Shown: positions 16,192 through 29,267 of the stretch, one piece after another
Layout: every line of letters begins with the position of its first letter
Numbering within the stretch: the first letter of the stretch is position 1
DNA from: the human T2T-CHM13v2.0 reference genome, Homo sapiens
Direction: 5' to 3'
Assembly: GCA_009914755.4 (NCBI GenBank)
Contig: CP086569.2
Location: 18,144,001-18,208,000, forward strand
DNA length: 64,000 nt
Made by a program: the position numbers and the translations under genes
The notes under the pieces: generated by a model
Seen by the model: only the letters and a program-made list of their open reading frames with translations
Told to the model about the DNA's origin: nothing
Databases searched by the model: none

Positions 16192-19050
16192 TAAAACTTT
16201 ATTAATCATGGACTCAACAAACATCCATATGTTGATTTTAGAGATCACAGCAAACATCATTTTAGGAATTCAAACGTTGAACATCCACAAATACACTGGC
16301 TGATTGACTGTCTGAGTTAGCCCAGGAACACCCAATCTGGACATGTCCACCATGGGCTTGCTTATCCCACAATGGCTAAGGCGACCTCCTTTTGTACTGT
16401 AGCATTGCTCTGTGTTGCAGTTCTCCATGAGATGCAGAGACAGGCACTTCCTGGTTTCACTAGGAATATCTCTTTCTTCCAAAGCCCAGCTAAGTACAGG
16501 AGAATCCCTTTCTCTTGCAGCAACTATGTTTCTTTCCAAACTTCAAATCTGTCCTGGAACTTTATCAGTAAACCAAAAGCTTCCATTGGTGCAGGTCTTG
16601 GGCATCTTCATCTTGGGGTCATGAGCTTCTTATCTGATCCTTATACAACTGGTTGCCTCAAAACATGTGACGTGGCAACATAGTTTTTTGTTATTGTAGT
16701 AAAATCCACATAACATAAAAGTCACTCTTTAAAGTCTGCAACTCAGTGGGATTTAGTACATTCACAATGGCATGCAACTATCACCTGTATCTAGTGCAAG
16801 AATATTTTCATTGCTCCAAAAGAGACCTCTGAAGCAGTCACTTCTCATTTCCCCTCTCCAGCTCTTGGCAATTGCTAACCTACTCTCTGTCACTATGTGT
16901 TTGCCTATTCTGGATATTTTATATAGATAAAATCATGTATGTGTGTTTTGATATGACACTTGTGAAGTACCAAGGAAATAAAGCCACCATGCCTAGGACT
17001 GCATTCCACAGTGAAATCGATGGATGATACAGTTTCTACTATTGTGGATAGAAATAAAAGAAATGCCATGGGATAGATGAAAATTGCCTGTGTTTTGAGA
17101 TTTATATCCATTAACTGATTATACATCATCAGTCACCTGTCCAGTTAAATTTTTGTCAGTCTAAATAATCCAAATACTATCATTGTCTGTACTATCTGAC
17201 AATTATTAATGTCCCAGTGTCAGTGCAGGAAAACTGACTTATCCAACTCTTCCTTTGCTTTCCAGTTCTCACTTTGCTAGATGTCTCTGTCATTTCTTTT
17301 TCCTATTGATCTGCAATTCTCTCACAGATCAAGATCTTCTTTCTTTGGTTTGCTTTAAATCATAAACGCTGAAAAAAGGACATCATCTCTAAAGAAAGTA
17401 ATTTGTTGGAAGGGAAGTTGTATTATGTCTTGTCACACCAGTAACATTCTGTTGCTCACTGACCTGATCTTCCAAGTGTCTCAAGTTCTGCTTGTACTTG
17501 ACAGGCTTGAAAAGTGGGAATAAACAGCACTGATGATGTTGAAAATACAAACTACACAAAATAAATATTATTTAAATGGACAACAACCACACTGGCACTA
17601 TTTTGCAAATGTAAACCTTTCTTTAGAAACTGATTGTATAGAATGTTATATTTTATGTATGGGGGGCGGGGTGGGGGGAATAACATCGAATCAAGCTTAT
17701 CTGTCTTTTATTTCTATTTCACCAAGCACACCAAGAGAGACAAGTAAAAAGGCTAAAAGAAGAAAAATTATCAAATTGAGCATTTGCTAAGCACTAATCT
17801 GTTAAACTAAAATAAGCAAGCTCAGTTGAGTTAAAATTCATTAACTGAGTTTGTTGTCTCATGTGTAATGGTTACTTTAAAATTCTTTTAATGTTTTTAT
17901 GGTATTCTTCCTTTCCAAGTTTACAAAATATCAGCTGCAAGGGTAAAAAGTATTCAAAATTTTAAAATAAAGCAATGAGTGGATAGAATTTGTTGTTTAC
18001 ACAGATTGTCCAAGTGCCAGGTTGTATTTACAGAGGAAACTGAAGTTATATTTACAAGTGAACTAATTATTTCTTAGCCACTAAAGGTTCTTAAAGTAAT
18101 GATTCTCATACCATTTTCATAGATTGCCTCCAATACTTTCTGCTATATAGGTGAGAAGACAGATACCTTTAACTCCCTTTTAAACAATAAATGAACTGAG
18201 TTTCCATATGAGAGGATTTGCCAAAAGTCCTGAGTTATAAATACTGGATCTAAATATGTATGTCAGGAGAGGCTTCCTGCTATAGGAACAACCCCCAAAT
18301 CCCAGTGGCTTCATTCAACAAAAGTTCATTTCTTGCTAAGATTGAAGTCCACCATAGGTTTTCTCCCATGGTGGGGAGAGATAGGTGTCCTGTCCACTTT
18401 CTCCTTCAAAGACAGGGCTGAAAAGAGCTTTGCCTGTTCAAAGCACATTGAGATCAGCCTGGCTGTCAACATTTAGCTGCCAAACAAGACAGTACAGAGA
18501 GCTAAGTTTGGAGAAGTCTAGGTATACATAATAGGTATGTGCCATATATCACTCTTGCCTCAATTCCACTGAAGAGAACTAGGAATAGTCCCTAAAAGCA
18601 AGCCATAGGACTCATTGATCATGTCTCCAATTACACCCTCAGTTTTCACCATCCTATTGATTATCTCAGCTCAATTTCTCTCTCTCCATATTGTAGCCCC
18701 ACACTCACGGTGGTATTAGTATTTCCTAGGTAGTATTAGGAAATATTAGTATTTCCTTGAGATACAGCCTAAATATTAGCATTTCTTTGAGATACAGATG
18801 CACATCTATGAGGACTTCTTTGTATTCCGAAACTGCTGTTTATATAATCGTAAGTGAGAGAGAAGAAGCAGGAGATACAAGAGAAAATGTTTTTAATAAA
18901 GATCGTTTTACAAATTGAGCAGTAAAATGCCTTTGAGTGCTGTAAATATCTGTGTGTGCCTATAGCAATAAAACAAGGCACTCAAATGATAGTGTTGGCC
19001 CTGAAAAAAAAAGAAGCAGCTAGGATACTGGGAACCTGGAGGCTAAACGA

Positions 19051-19620
19051 TGTGGAATTGAAAGTTTATACCTTCAGGGTGCTGTAACCTCAGTCCTGGG
19101 GGTTCCCTGTGCCTCCACTCTAGGCCTCTGCTCACCCTACTGATAGCCACAGGAGGCAGCCAAATGGCTAGGCAGATAGGCCTGGGTCCCTGGTGAAACC
19201 TGATCTTCAAGCCAAAAACAGCCTGAAGGCTGAAAGACCATACTGCTGGTCCTGGATTAAACCCATGACCCAGGGTGAGATCTTCTGTTCCTATTTGTCC
19301 TCCTTTCCCTAATTGATTTCTTTCTGAATAATGCCTTTTAACCAATTGAATGTTGCCTTTTGCAATACTACCTACAGCCTGCCCCTCCCCTATTCTGAGC
19401 CCATAAAAAGCCCAGACCCAGCCACAAAGGGAGGAGAGCACCACTTGACTCCTGGTGCAGGAGACCACTCCTTGTGTCCCCTGTCCACTGAGATCTGATC
19501 TGTCACTCAATAAAATTATTCTCCACCCTCCTAATCCTTTAATATCCAGCGTATCCTCATTCTCCTTGGCTGTGGTACAGGAGCTAAGGAGCCACAAAGG
19601 CAACTACAAGCTATAACACA
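19051..19620 (+). mobile_element. Candidate ERV-class solo LTR with tg...ca ends. A TATA-like box is at 19402-19410 and AATAAA is at 19509-19514, both on the + strand
   Basis: tgtggaattgaaag ... gagcccataaaaagcccagacccagccacaaagggaggag ... ctgtcactcaataaaattattctccaccc ... ctataacaca. This is a U3-R-U5-like layout and no tRNA primer-binding site follows. I do not recall the family name. Confidence 0.5.
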
Positions 19621-19967
19621 GGTGAGCTGGACCATGCACTTCCCAGCCATGGGCTGAGCCAGTGCACAAGCCAGACTCTGCTTGAGGGGACAATTGAGTG
19701 GCTATCTCCTACAGCAGCTTAGTGTGGCCAAGCAAGGCCTGGTGGGGTGTTGCCGACTAGAGATCCCTGGCTTGCAAAATGACCAAGAAGAAAAATCCTG
19801 TATCACTAAATCCTTGGATGCTACTGAGATTCTACTGAACGCTGAGATGTTTAAGATGTTTAATAAAAAAAAAAATTTCTTAAAAGAAAAAAATTGCCTT
19901 TATATATACCATGTTAAATACAAACAGCAACTAAATAGAACTTAATAACAGAAAGATCTAATTACAA

Positions 19968-20058
19968 TACTAACAAAAAATGAAAATAGCAGTTATTTAA
20001 TATTCCTCTAATATCAGCAGCATATTAAATAATTGCTATTTTCATTTTTTGTTAGTAT
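19968..20058. repeat. Near-perfect inverted repeat (palindrome) with about 34-bp arms and a roughly 21-bp spacer
   Basis: ctaacaaaaaatgaaaatagcagttatttaatat [tcctctaatatcagcagcat] atattaaataattgctattttcattttttgttag. There is one mismatch between the arms. Confidence 0.85.
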
Positions 20059-20520
20059 TGTAAGAGACAGCATCTCACTCTGTCACCCAGGCTGGAGTGC
20101 AGTGATATGATCATAGATCACTGCAGCCTCAAACTTGTGGGCTCAAGCAATCCTCCCACTTCAGCCTCCCTAATAACTTGTATTAAACGTCTGAACCACC
20201 ACACCCAGCTAATTAAAAATAAATTTTGTTTTAGCGACAGAATTTTGCTCGCAGTTTGCAGAGATTAAAGAAATGAGCTGCTATGCCTGGACAATTTTTT
20301 ACTTTTAGAGACAATGTTCTCAATATTTTGCCCAGGCTGGTCTCAAACTCCTGACCTCAAGCATTCCTCCTGCTTCAGCCTCCTGAGTAACTGGTATTAA
20401 AGGCCTGCACCACCACATCCAGCTAATTAAAAAGAAATTTTGTTTTAGAGACAGAATTTTGCTATGTTTCCCCAGCTCGTCTCAAACTCCCAGGCTTAAA
20501 TGATCCTCCTGCCTCTGGAG
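20058..20520 (-). repeat. Three tandemly arranged antisense Alu-monomer-derived units (FRAM/FLAM-like), each ending in ccagctaatt and followed by an aaaaa(t/g)aaattttgttttag(c/a)gacagaattttgct segment
   Basis: Units at about 20058-20216, 20295-20425 and 20426-20520. The junction block ccagctaattaaaaa(t/g)aaattttgttttag(c/a)gacagaattttgct recurs at about 20207 and 20410. Confidence 0.7.
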
Positions 20521-22377
20521 AGGTAAAATATGTTTGTGCATAATAAAATACTAATTTGTAGTTAGAAATTTTATTGATTAGTTTCACTATGATTGAAAGA
20601 AATTTTTTCCAATAGTTATAACGTTTTCATTTATGCAATACATATGTGTATAATTATCCATTTTTCATCTGCTTTCCAATTTTCTACTCTTATGTTTCTT
20701 GTGTCAAATAATTGCTTTGACTACACCTTCTGTAACACTATTCATGGTGTGGTGGGGAACATCTTTCAAAAAGTGTGATGTTGCAAGAATTTCCATGTTT
20801 TTACTAATAAATAAATTTCTTTCTCATTTCTATTTCTACAAACATGCACATAGAACATTAAAATATGTTTTTCCAATGTGTTTTCTATTTGAAAATAACA
20901 AATTGATAAGTGTCTTTTCAGGTTCTATGATGATGTTTATAATTTTTTCTCTATGAATTCTTATCTTTAAAATGAAATCAATATATTTCCGTTTTATAAT
21001 AAATTTTTTTTATTTCTAGTGTGAACCCCATGTAATAAGCATGCATTAAAAAATGTATTGCTATATTATACTTTCATATGTTCCACTTAGACTTAGTCAC
21101 ATTGGTAAGGTGAGTTGCTTTATAGCTTTCTTTTGAAAACATTCTTAAATATTCGTGCCTGGAATTATATAAAAATCAATAAGTTTTTCTCCTTTTCCTG
21201 CATTTTAGAATGATTTTTAAAAACATTGAAATGATCTGTCTTTTGAGGTTCGAATAGAATTTCACCCTTAATCCATTGGTCTTTGGGGGTATTAGGGATC
21301 ACTCCCTGATAATTTCTTATCTTTCTTAGAAATAATTATACTCAGTTTTCAAAATCTCCTTGGAATCAGATTAGTAATTCATATTTTTATAGATAACTAT
21401 TTTGTGGAACACAATCCCATAATGCACCCCTCCCATCTGTGTAAATTTCATTGAATTTCTGCATCCATTTTGAGTGAGTGGTAGAGTTACTCAAAAGTTC
21501 TTTCAATGATGAGGTTTTCAGTTCTGTTCTTGGATCTCTTTGGTTTGTTTGTATTCAGGGAAGAGATCCATTAGAGATGACTGTGCTCATTCATAAACCA
21601 CCCATTCAGTCTTTTCTAAAATCTCACTATCTTTTCCTCTTCAGTATTCACAGTCCTTGATTCTTCTACCATAGTGACTATGAGACATGTGTAAATAATC
21701 TTAGAGGAAGATTCCATAATGGTGCCAGACATTTGTCCCTCTGCACTTTCTAAATATCAGCATTCTCCAAGCTTCCAGATTGGACACACTTCCTTATTTA
21801 TTCCAAATGCTTCTCTGCAACAATCTTAATCAAAGCACTTGAGATTTACATAGACTTACATACTACCACATTCATACATTTCTATCCTAAGGTTGTTCTT
21901 GTTTTTGTTCCTTAAATTTACTTATACCTCTCACTTAAAACATGACAAAACATACTTTTACATCTCTTTCATGCTATGTTTGTTTTTCTGTAGTCTTATG
22001 CTATGATAATTATACAACTTGCTTGGGGGCTCACATTAAGAAAATTATATGCTGGTTTTGTTTTATTTCTTTATGTCATGACTAGGGAGAAAAATCAAAG
22101 AAGTTTATAAGCACAGTATGTCTGGGTGAACAAAGCTTTGTGAATTCAGTAGTATGTCTGTGGAATGCATGAAAGCTGAGAACCATGTGGTAGTATACTT
22201 AGAATGCCTTAGGGCTTAACATAGATACACTCCCCAGAGGTGTGGTTTTATGAATAAATCTTATTGTCCAGGCAGATTTCAAGTTTATCAGGGTGCAGTG
22301 CAAGCCTCTGTGTTGCATGTTTTCTCAAAGATTAAGTTTCAAGGAAACTGCCATTTAAAAGTTTGAATGAAGATAGA

Positions 22378-22418
22378 CACACATACACACACACATACAC
22401 ACACACACACACACATGA
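22378..22418. repeat. (CA)n dinucleotide repeat
   Basis: acacatacacacacacatacacacacacacacacacacatg. Confidence 0.9.
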
Positions 22419-22861
22419 TTTAATCCCTGAACAACTCTAGGGTTAGGAGTGCCACCTTTCTGTGCAGTTGAAAATGTATATATACCTTTTACTCTTCAAA
22501 AACTTAAGTACTAATAGTCTACTGTTGAATGAACTTCTTACTGATAACATCAACAGTCAATTAACACATATTTTATATGTTGGACATATCATACTGTATT
22601 CTTAACAATAAAGTAAGCTAGAGAAAAGAAAATGTTATTAAGAAAATGTAAGGAAGATAATATATCTACTATTCATTAAGTGGAAGTTAATCATTTTTAA
22701 GGTCTTCATCCTGGTCAACTTCACCTTCAGTAGGCTGAAGAGAAGAAAGAGGAGGGGTTTGTCTTGCTGTTTCAGAGGTGGCAAAGGAGGAAGGAAATCC
22801 TCATGAAAGTGGATCCATGAAGTTTAAACCTATGTTGTTCAAGGGCCAATTATGTATGTAT

Positions 22862-22927
22862 AGAGAGAGAGAGAAAGAAAGAGGGAGAGAAAGAGGGAGA
22901 CAGACAGATATACAGAGATAGATAGAT

Positions 22928-22979
<52 letters not shown>

Positions 22980-23100
22980 TAGATAGATGATAGGTAGATA
23001 GGATGGGTGGGTGGATGGATGATGTATGTATGTATGTATGGATGGATAGATATGATTGATTGATGGATGTATAGATAGGTGAAAGAAAGAAAGGAAGAGA
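22862..23100. repeat. Compound STR with a (GATA)n core of about 14 units, flanked by (GA)n, (GGAT)n and (TGTA)n
   Basis: agagagagagagaaagaaagagggagag...gatagatagatagatagatagatagatag...ggatgggtgggtggatggatgatgtatgtatgtatgtatggatggatag. Confidence 0.95.
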
Positions 23101-23704
23101 GAGATAGGCAACCTCAAGTCTTGAAATCATTTTAAAAGTGACCAGGAAGATCATATATCTTCTAGGATTAAAGAAGGAATATGATTTGTAAGTAATGTCT
23201 TGCAACTAAAAAGTTTAGATCACAAATTAGAACCTTGCCTTTGAGCCAAAACTAATAGGATAGAATTTAAATGTGATAAACATGGCATGCTTGTGTAATA
23301 CTAACATGCAATATGTTGAAGGTTAATCTGGTTGTCCTTCAAATTAAAACGGGTCAGGACTTGACATCATGAATATGAATATCACAGATGTCATGCTAGG
23401 TGCAGAAAAGGTGACTTTTGAACATTTCAAGTGGTCTTTGCCCTGGGTATTTCTTCCTCCTTTCTGTCTTTTTTGCATTCACATCAATTTTCTAAGTGTT
23501 CCCTGATTTCTTTTTGAATATTACCACATCTCTATTGCATGTAGTCCAGGGTGATAATAATCCCAATTTTTTTTGTCCCCCAGCCTAGGGTGAGCACATG
23601 CATATGACATCTTGGGGACATAACCCCTTCCACAAATTTAAATTTTGTTTAGAGGAGTGGAAGCCTTGGAGAGTATTGATCCTCTATACCATGATTGTTT
23701 TTAT

Positions 23705-23834
23705 TATTTACTATTTTTATTTTTAGAGATGAGGTCTCACTACGTTACCCAGGCTGGACTCAAACTTCTGAGCACAAGCAATTCTCCTGCCTCCCAAAAT
23801 GCTGGGACTACAGGTGTGAGCCACCACATCCAGT
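23705..23834 (-). mobile_element. Monomer-length antisense Alu fragment (FLAM-like)
   Basis: ttatttttagagatgaggtctcactacgttacccaggctggactcaaacttctgagcacaagcaattctcctgcctcccaaaatgctgggactacaggtgtgagccaccac. Confidence 0.8.
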
Positions 23835-25939
23835 CTCTCCAAGACATTCTAGCAGCTGAATCTTGCCTGACTAGACTCTTCCACATGGAGGCTTTCATTG
23901 TAGTTTCTGCTTTCTTACTCTTGAGTGACCATCCCCAAGCCCAATTTTGAAGCCTCCTACTAATCCTCAGACAGTCAGAAGTCCTTCCAAAAATGCACTC
24001 TTGCTTTTCTTACTAAACCAAAGCTCTTTCCTCCAACCAAAGAAGCTCCACTCTTATGAAAATCACAGTTCATGTAGACAACAATGTCCACAGGTTGAAG
24101 TTCTCTCTTAATACTGGAGGGAGTTTCATTTATTTGTCATTCTCTATGAATTTTGAGTGTTTATTCCACCTTAGGCATTACTCTGGCAGCTCTGGATACT
24201 ATAAAACAACAGTCCCCAACCTTTTTGGCACCAGGGACCAGTATTAATGAAGACAATTTTTACATGGACCAGGGGTTTGGGGAATGGTTTCAGGATGATT
24301 CAAGCACATTACATGGATTGTGCACTGTATTTCTATTATCATTACATTGCAATATGTAATTAAATAATTATACAAGTCACCATAATGTAGAATCAGTGAG
24401 AACCCTGAGCTTGTTTTCCTGCAACTAGATATGCCCATCTAGGGGTAATGAGAGAATGACAGATCATCAGGCACTAGATTCTCATAAGGAGCACAGAATC
24501 TGGATCCCTCTCATGCACAGTTCACAACAGGGTTCACATTCCTATGAGAATCTAATGCTGCTGCTGATCTGACAAGAGGCAGCGCTCTGGTAGTAATGCA
24601 AGTGATGGAGTATGACTGTGAATACAGATGAAGCTTCACTCATTTGCCTGCTGCTCACTTCCTGCTATATGGCCTGGTTCCTAAGAGGCCACAGACCCAC
24701 TGGGACCTATGGAATAAAAGATACAGCAGATAAACACAGCTGCCTTCAAGGAAAAAGTGATCTTACATGCGGAAACAAGTCATCTTATTCATTTAAATTT
24801 TGATAACTTCAAGGAATAAAAACTAATTTTAAAGAAGTATCAGCTAAATCCCCTCTAAACTTCAATATTCTACTACAATGGGCACATGAAGCTACAATTA
24901 TCCCCAGTGTCTGGGGTTGTGGGGGGAATTTGTTCCAGGAACCCTGTGGATACAGAAGTCCATGTGTGGGGGCAGGCCAAGGCCCTTGGATCCCTAAAAG
25001 TTTGCTGAAAATCATGGATGTGAGACAGATTAATAGGATAAAAGGCATAAAAATGTATTTGAGTATATGTGGGATTCTTCAGAGTGAAGACCCAAAGATA
25101 CAGAGGAATTGTCCATTTTTATGCCTTGATTCAACAAAGTATGGACAGCTATGTAGAAATAGGATTGGACAAAAAGGGCCTGATCTAATTCTGGAAACAT
25201 TAAAGAATTTTTAAAAATGCCAAATTTGCAGTGTTCCCTACCTTCCATCATCTCCATGGGAAAAATTACTTAAATAAGAAAAAAGATTATTTTTCAGCAG
25301 GATACTTTTGTTGCCAATCACAGAGATTCCCTGAGAATAATCTGGTTGTCTCTCAAATTAAAAAGTGTCAGGACTTGACCTCATTGCCACAATTAATCAC
25401 AGCTGATTTTAATGTAATAAATTAGAAATAGGAACACTACAGTGTTTGTTAATGAAACAAAGTGACAATAGAAAGAACATACCAGAAGTAGTTCTTAAAA
25501 GTCCTTCTATGCTCTTCCTAGCTGTAGGGTCATTTTATAGCTGTGTACTTTTTAGCACTTTTTGTGTGTGTTTTAGAAACAATTTTATTTACTTCAAGTA
25601 AGTTCCATATATTCCACAGTCATTTTTTCTCAGAATTTTATACTTTGATAGTCATAATGCCATAATTTCTTTTTACCAAATTAATTTCAAACGAAATAGT
25701 CTTTTTCCTTATGACAAGATTTCAAAATTGATTTTTACCTGAGTATTTCAGTAAATCCACTTAAGGTCCTTAAGTAGTTTCAAGTAGGTTATGTGGGATG
25801 TTCAAACAGACAATAATGTTACCTACAATCATGGTTTATTTTTACTATCTCTTGCCAATAATTTTAATTATTGGCCACATTACCACATTAGGTAGCTCTT
25901 GTAGAATAAAATTGATGCAAATTGGGTATTCTTGATTAA

Positions 25940-27063
<1,124 letters not shown>

Positions 27064-27447
27064 GCATTTTAATTTATTTTTATGTTTTACTAATATACAG
27101 AGTTATTTAGGATATAGATCTGCTGTGTGTAGAACATGACCAACATCTGTTTGAACTCAGCTTCAACATCTGTAAAAATCATATGTTATCTACTGTATAG
27201 GTCTGCAATGAGAATGGAATGAAATAACAAGAAAAGCACTTTTCCAGTGTCTCATAAATATTAAGGGGTAAATAAATGACAATTATACTACTAAGGGGTG
27301 GTATACTTAATCAATTTTGAACATTATTACTTCATTCCCTGACTTGTATTGAGTTAGGTTTATATACTAAATGGAGATAATTTGCTCATGTGCTTCACTA
27401 TATTAATGTATTATCAAATGCTTTACAAACTTTTAAAGTTAGAGGAG

Positions 27448-27745
27448 GTTGGGCAAGGTGGTGCATGCCTGTAATCCCAGTGTTTCAGGAACACGAGGCA
27501 GAAGGAACACCTGAGCTCAGGAATTCCAGACCAGAGTGAGAAACAAAGTGAGGCCCCATCTCTAGAAAAAAATACAGAAGAAAACAGAAAATAAAATAAA
27601 AAATACCCAGTTGTGGTGGTGTTGGCCCATAGTCCCAGCTACTCAGGAGGCTGAGGCAGGAAGATTGCTTGAGCTCAGGAATTTGAGACCAGCCTGGGAA
27701 ACAAAGTGAGGCCCCAACTCTACAAAAAATAGAAAAAAAAAGAAC
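27448..27745 (+). mobile_element. Alu, older AluJ/S-like
   Basis: ggttgggcaaggtggtgcatgcctgtaatcccag ... cccagttgtggtggtgttggcccatagtcccagctactcaggaggctgaggcaggaagattgcttgagctcaggaatttgagaccagcctgggaaacaaagtgaggcccc. Confidence 0.85.
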
Positions 27746-28088
27746 AAAGGAAGGAAAGAAGGAAGGAAGGAAGGAAAGAATGGAGGGAGGGAGGGAGGGG
27801 AAGGAAGGAAGGGAAGAGAGGAAAGAAAGAAAGAAAAAGAAAGAAAGAAAGAAAGAGAGAGAGGGAGGGAGGGAGGGAAAGAAAGAAAAAGAAAGAAAGA
27901 AAGAAAGAGAAAGAAAGAAAGAAAGAGAGAGAGAAAGGAAGGGAGGGAGGGAGGGAGGGAAGGGAAGGGAAGGGAAGGGAAGGGAAAGAAAAGAAAGAAA
28001 GAAAGAGAGAGAGAAAGAGAGAAAGAAGAAAGAAGGAAAGAAAGAGAAGGAAGGAAGGAAGGGAGGAAGGAAGGAAGGAAGGAAGGAA

Positions 28089-28142
<54 letters not shown>

Positions 28143-28172
28143 GAAAGAAAGAAAGAAAGAGAAAGAGAGAAA
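27745..28172. repeat. About 430-bp polypurine (GAAA)n/(GGAA)n/(GAGA)n/(GGGA)n tract, all purine on the + strand
   Basis: Read directly. ORF 27780-28178 (poly K/E/R/G) is a translation of this repeat. Confidence 0.95.
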
Positions 28173-28330
28173 GATTAGCTAGGTATGGTGGCTCAGGCCT
28201 GTATTCCCAGCTACTCAGGAAGCTGAGGCGATAGAATTGCTTGAACTTGCGAGGTCAAGGCTTCAGTGAGCCATGATTGTGCCACTTGCACTCCGCCTGG
28301 GCAACAGAGAAAGACTCTCTTTAAAAAAAT
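28173..28330 (+). mobile_element. Alu right-arm fragment
   Basis: ttagctaggtatggtggctcaggcctgtattcccagctactcaggaagctgaggcgatagaattgcttgaacttgcgaggtcaaggcttcagtgagccatgattgtgccacttgcactccgcctgggcaacagagaaagactctc. Confidence 0.8.
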
Positions 28331-29267
28331 AAAATATAGAAGAAGAAACGAAAAACAAAAGTTAGAACAAATCCTCACAGCCAGGAAGCCACTCATTTTG
28401 TATTATTTTTAATATAATGGGAAAATGATTGACTTTTAATATTTTAGTTTTTTTATGTACAGTTATAACTTACATTAACCTGTTTATTTTGTGCTGCTAC
28501 ACTTGTATATGTAAACTGTATATAATATAAATTACATACATATAAATTGTATCCATTTTAACATTGCATTTCTTATTTCCTACATATAGTCATAATTTAG
28601 AGTGATTGGTTTTATTGTGTACTACATTTATATGTATTACATTATATAACTTATATATTTCATATAGATGAATTTTATAAATTTAACATTTCAGTTTTAA
28701 TTTATTATATTTATTATTTAGATTGATCTAAATTTTATTTGGTGCTACATTTCTATATATATTAATCATATATAAGCTATGCACATACTTTTGTAAAAGT
28801 GTTATTACTTTGGCATTTCATTACATCTTTTATTTCAGCAGTATTTGATATGTATCAATTTTGACTCATTGAATATGTCTTTTTCATTATTCATCCTAAG
28901 TTCTGCTTCATTTTTCTTTATTTCTATATATATATTTTATTCTTTTTAAAAACAATGAATATATTATCAATTTATTTATCTGTGAGGAATTTTATATCCT
29001 AAAATGGGTGTTTGCCACATTTGCACCTGGAACCCTTACCAGATATAACAAATGAGTTCACAGATATTATTCCTCAATAGCTATCTCTATATTGTGTTAT
29101 TGTTTGCCTGCATTTTGTGTCACAAAAGGGAAGGCAACCTGTCCACACCCACACCACTCTTCATACCCTGGTATAATATTTTTCATTGCAAATGCAATTT
29201 AAGAGTTATGCCTGAGTGTGCTTAGGCAAAGGTGACATCTCCCCTGTGTAAATGGCAATGATAGCTG

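Noticed and set aside
19043-19603. 186-aa ORF on the minus strand, the longest non-L1 and non-simple-repeat ORF
   Set aside because: It lies entirely inside the candidate solo LTR, antisense to its TATA and AATAAA signals. It has no Kozak-like context or recognisable domain, and it is of a length expected by chance in GC-richer repeat sequence
27780-28178. 132-aa ORF rich in K/E/R/G, and the similar 109-137-aa ORFs at 62291-62829
   Set aside because: These are pure translations of (GAAA)n/(GGAA)n polypurine microsatellites. They are low-complexity, frame-independent and have no start context
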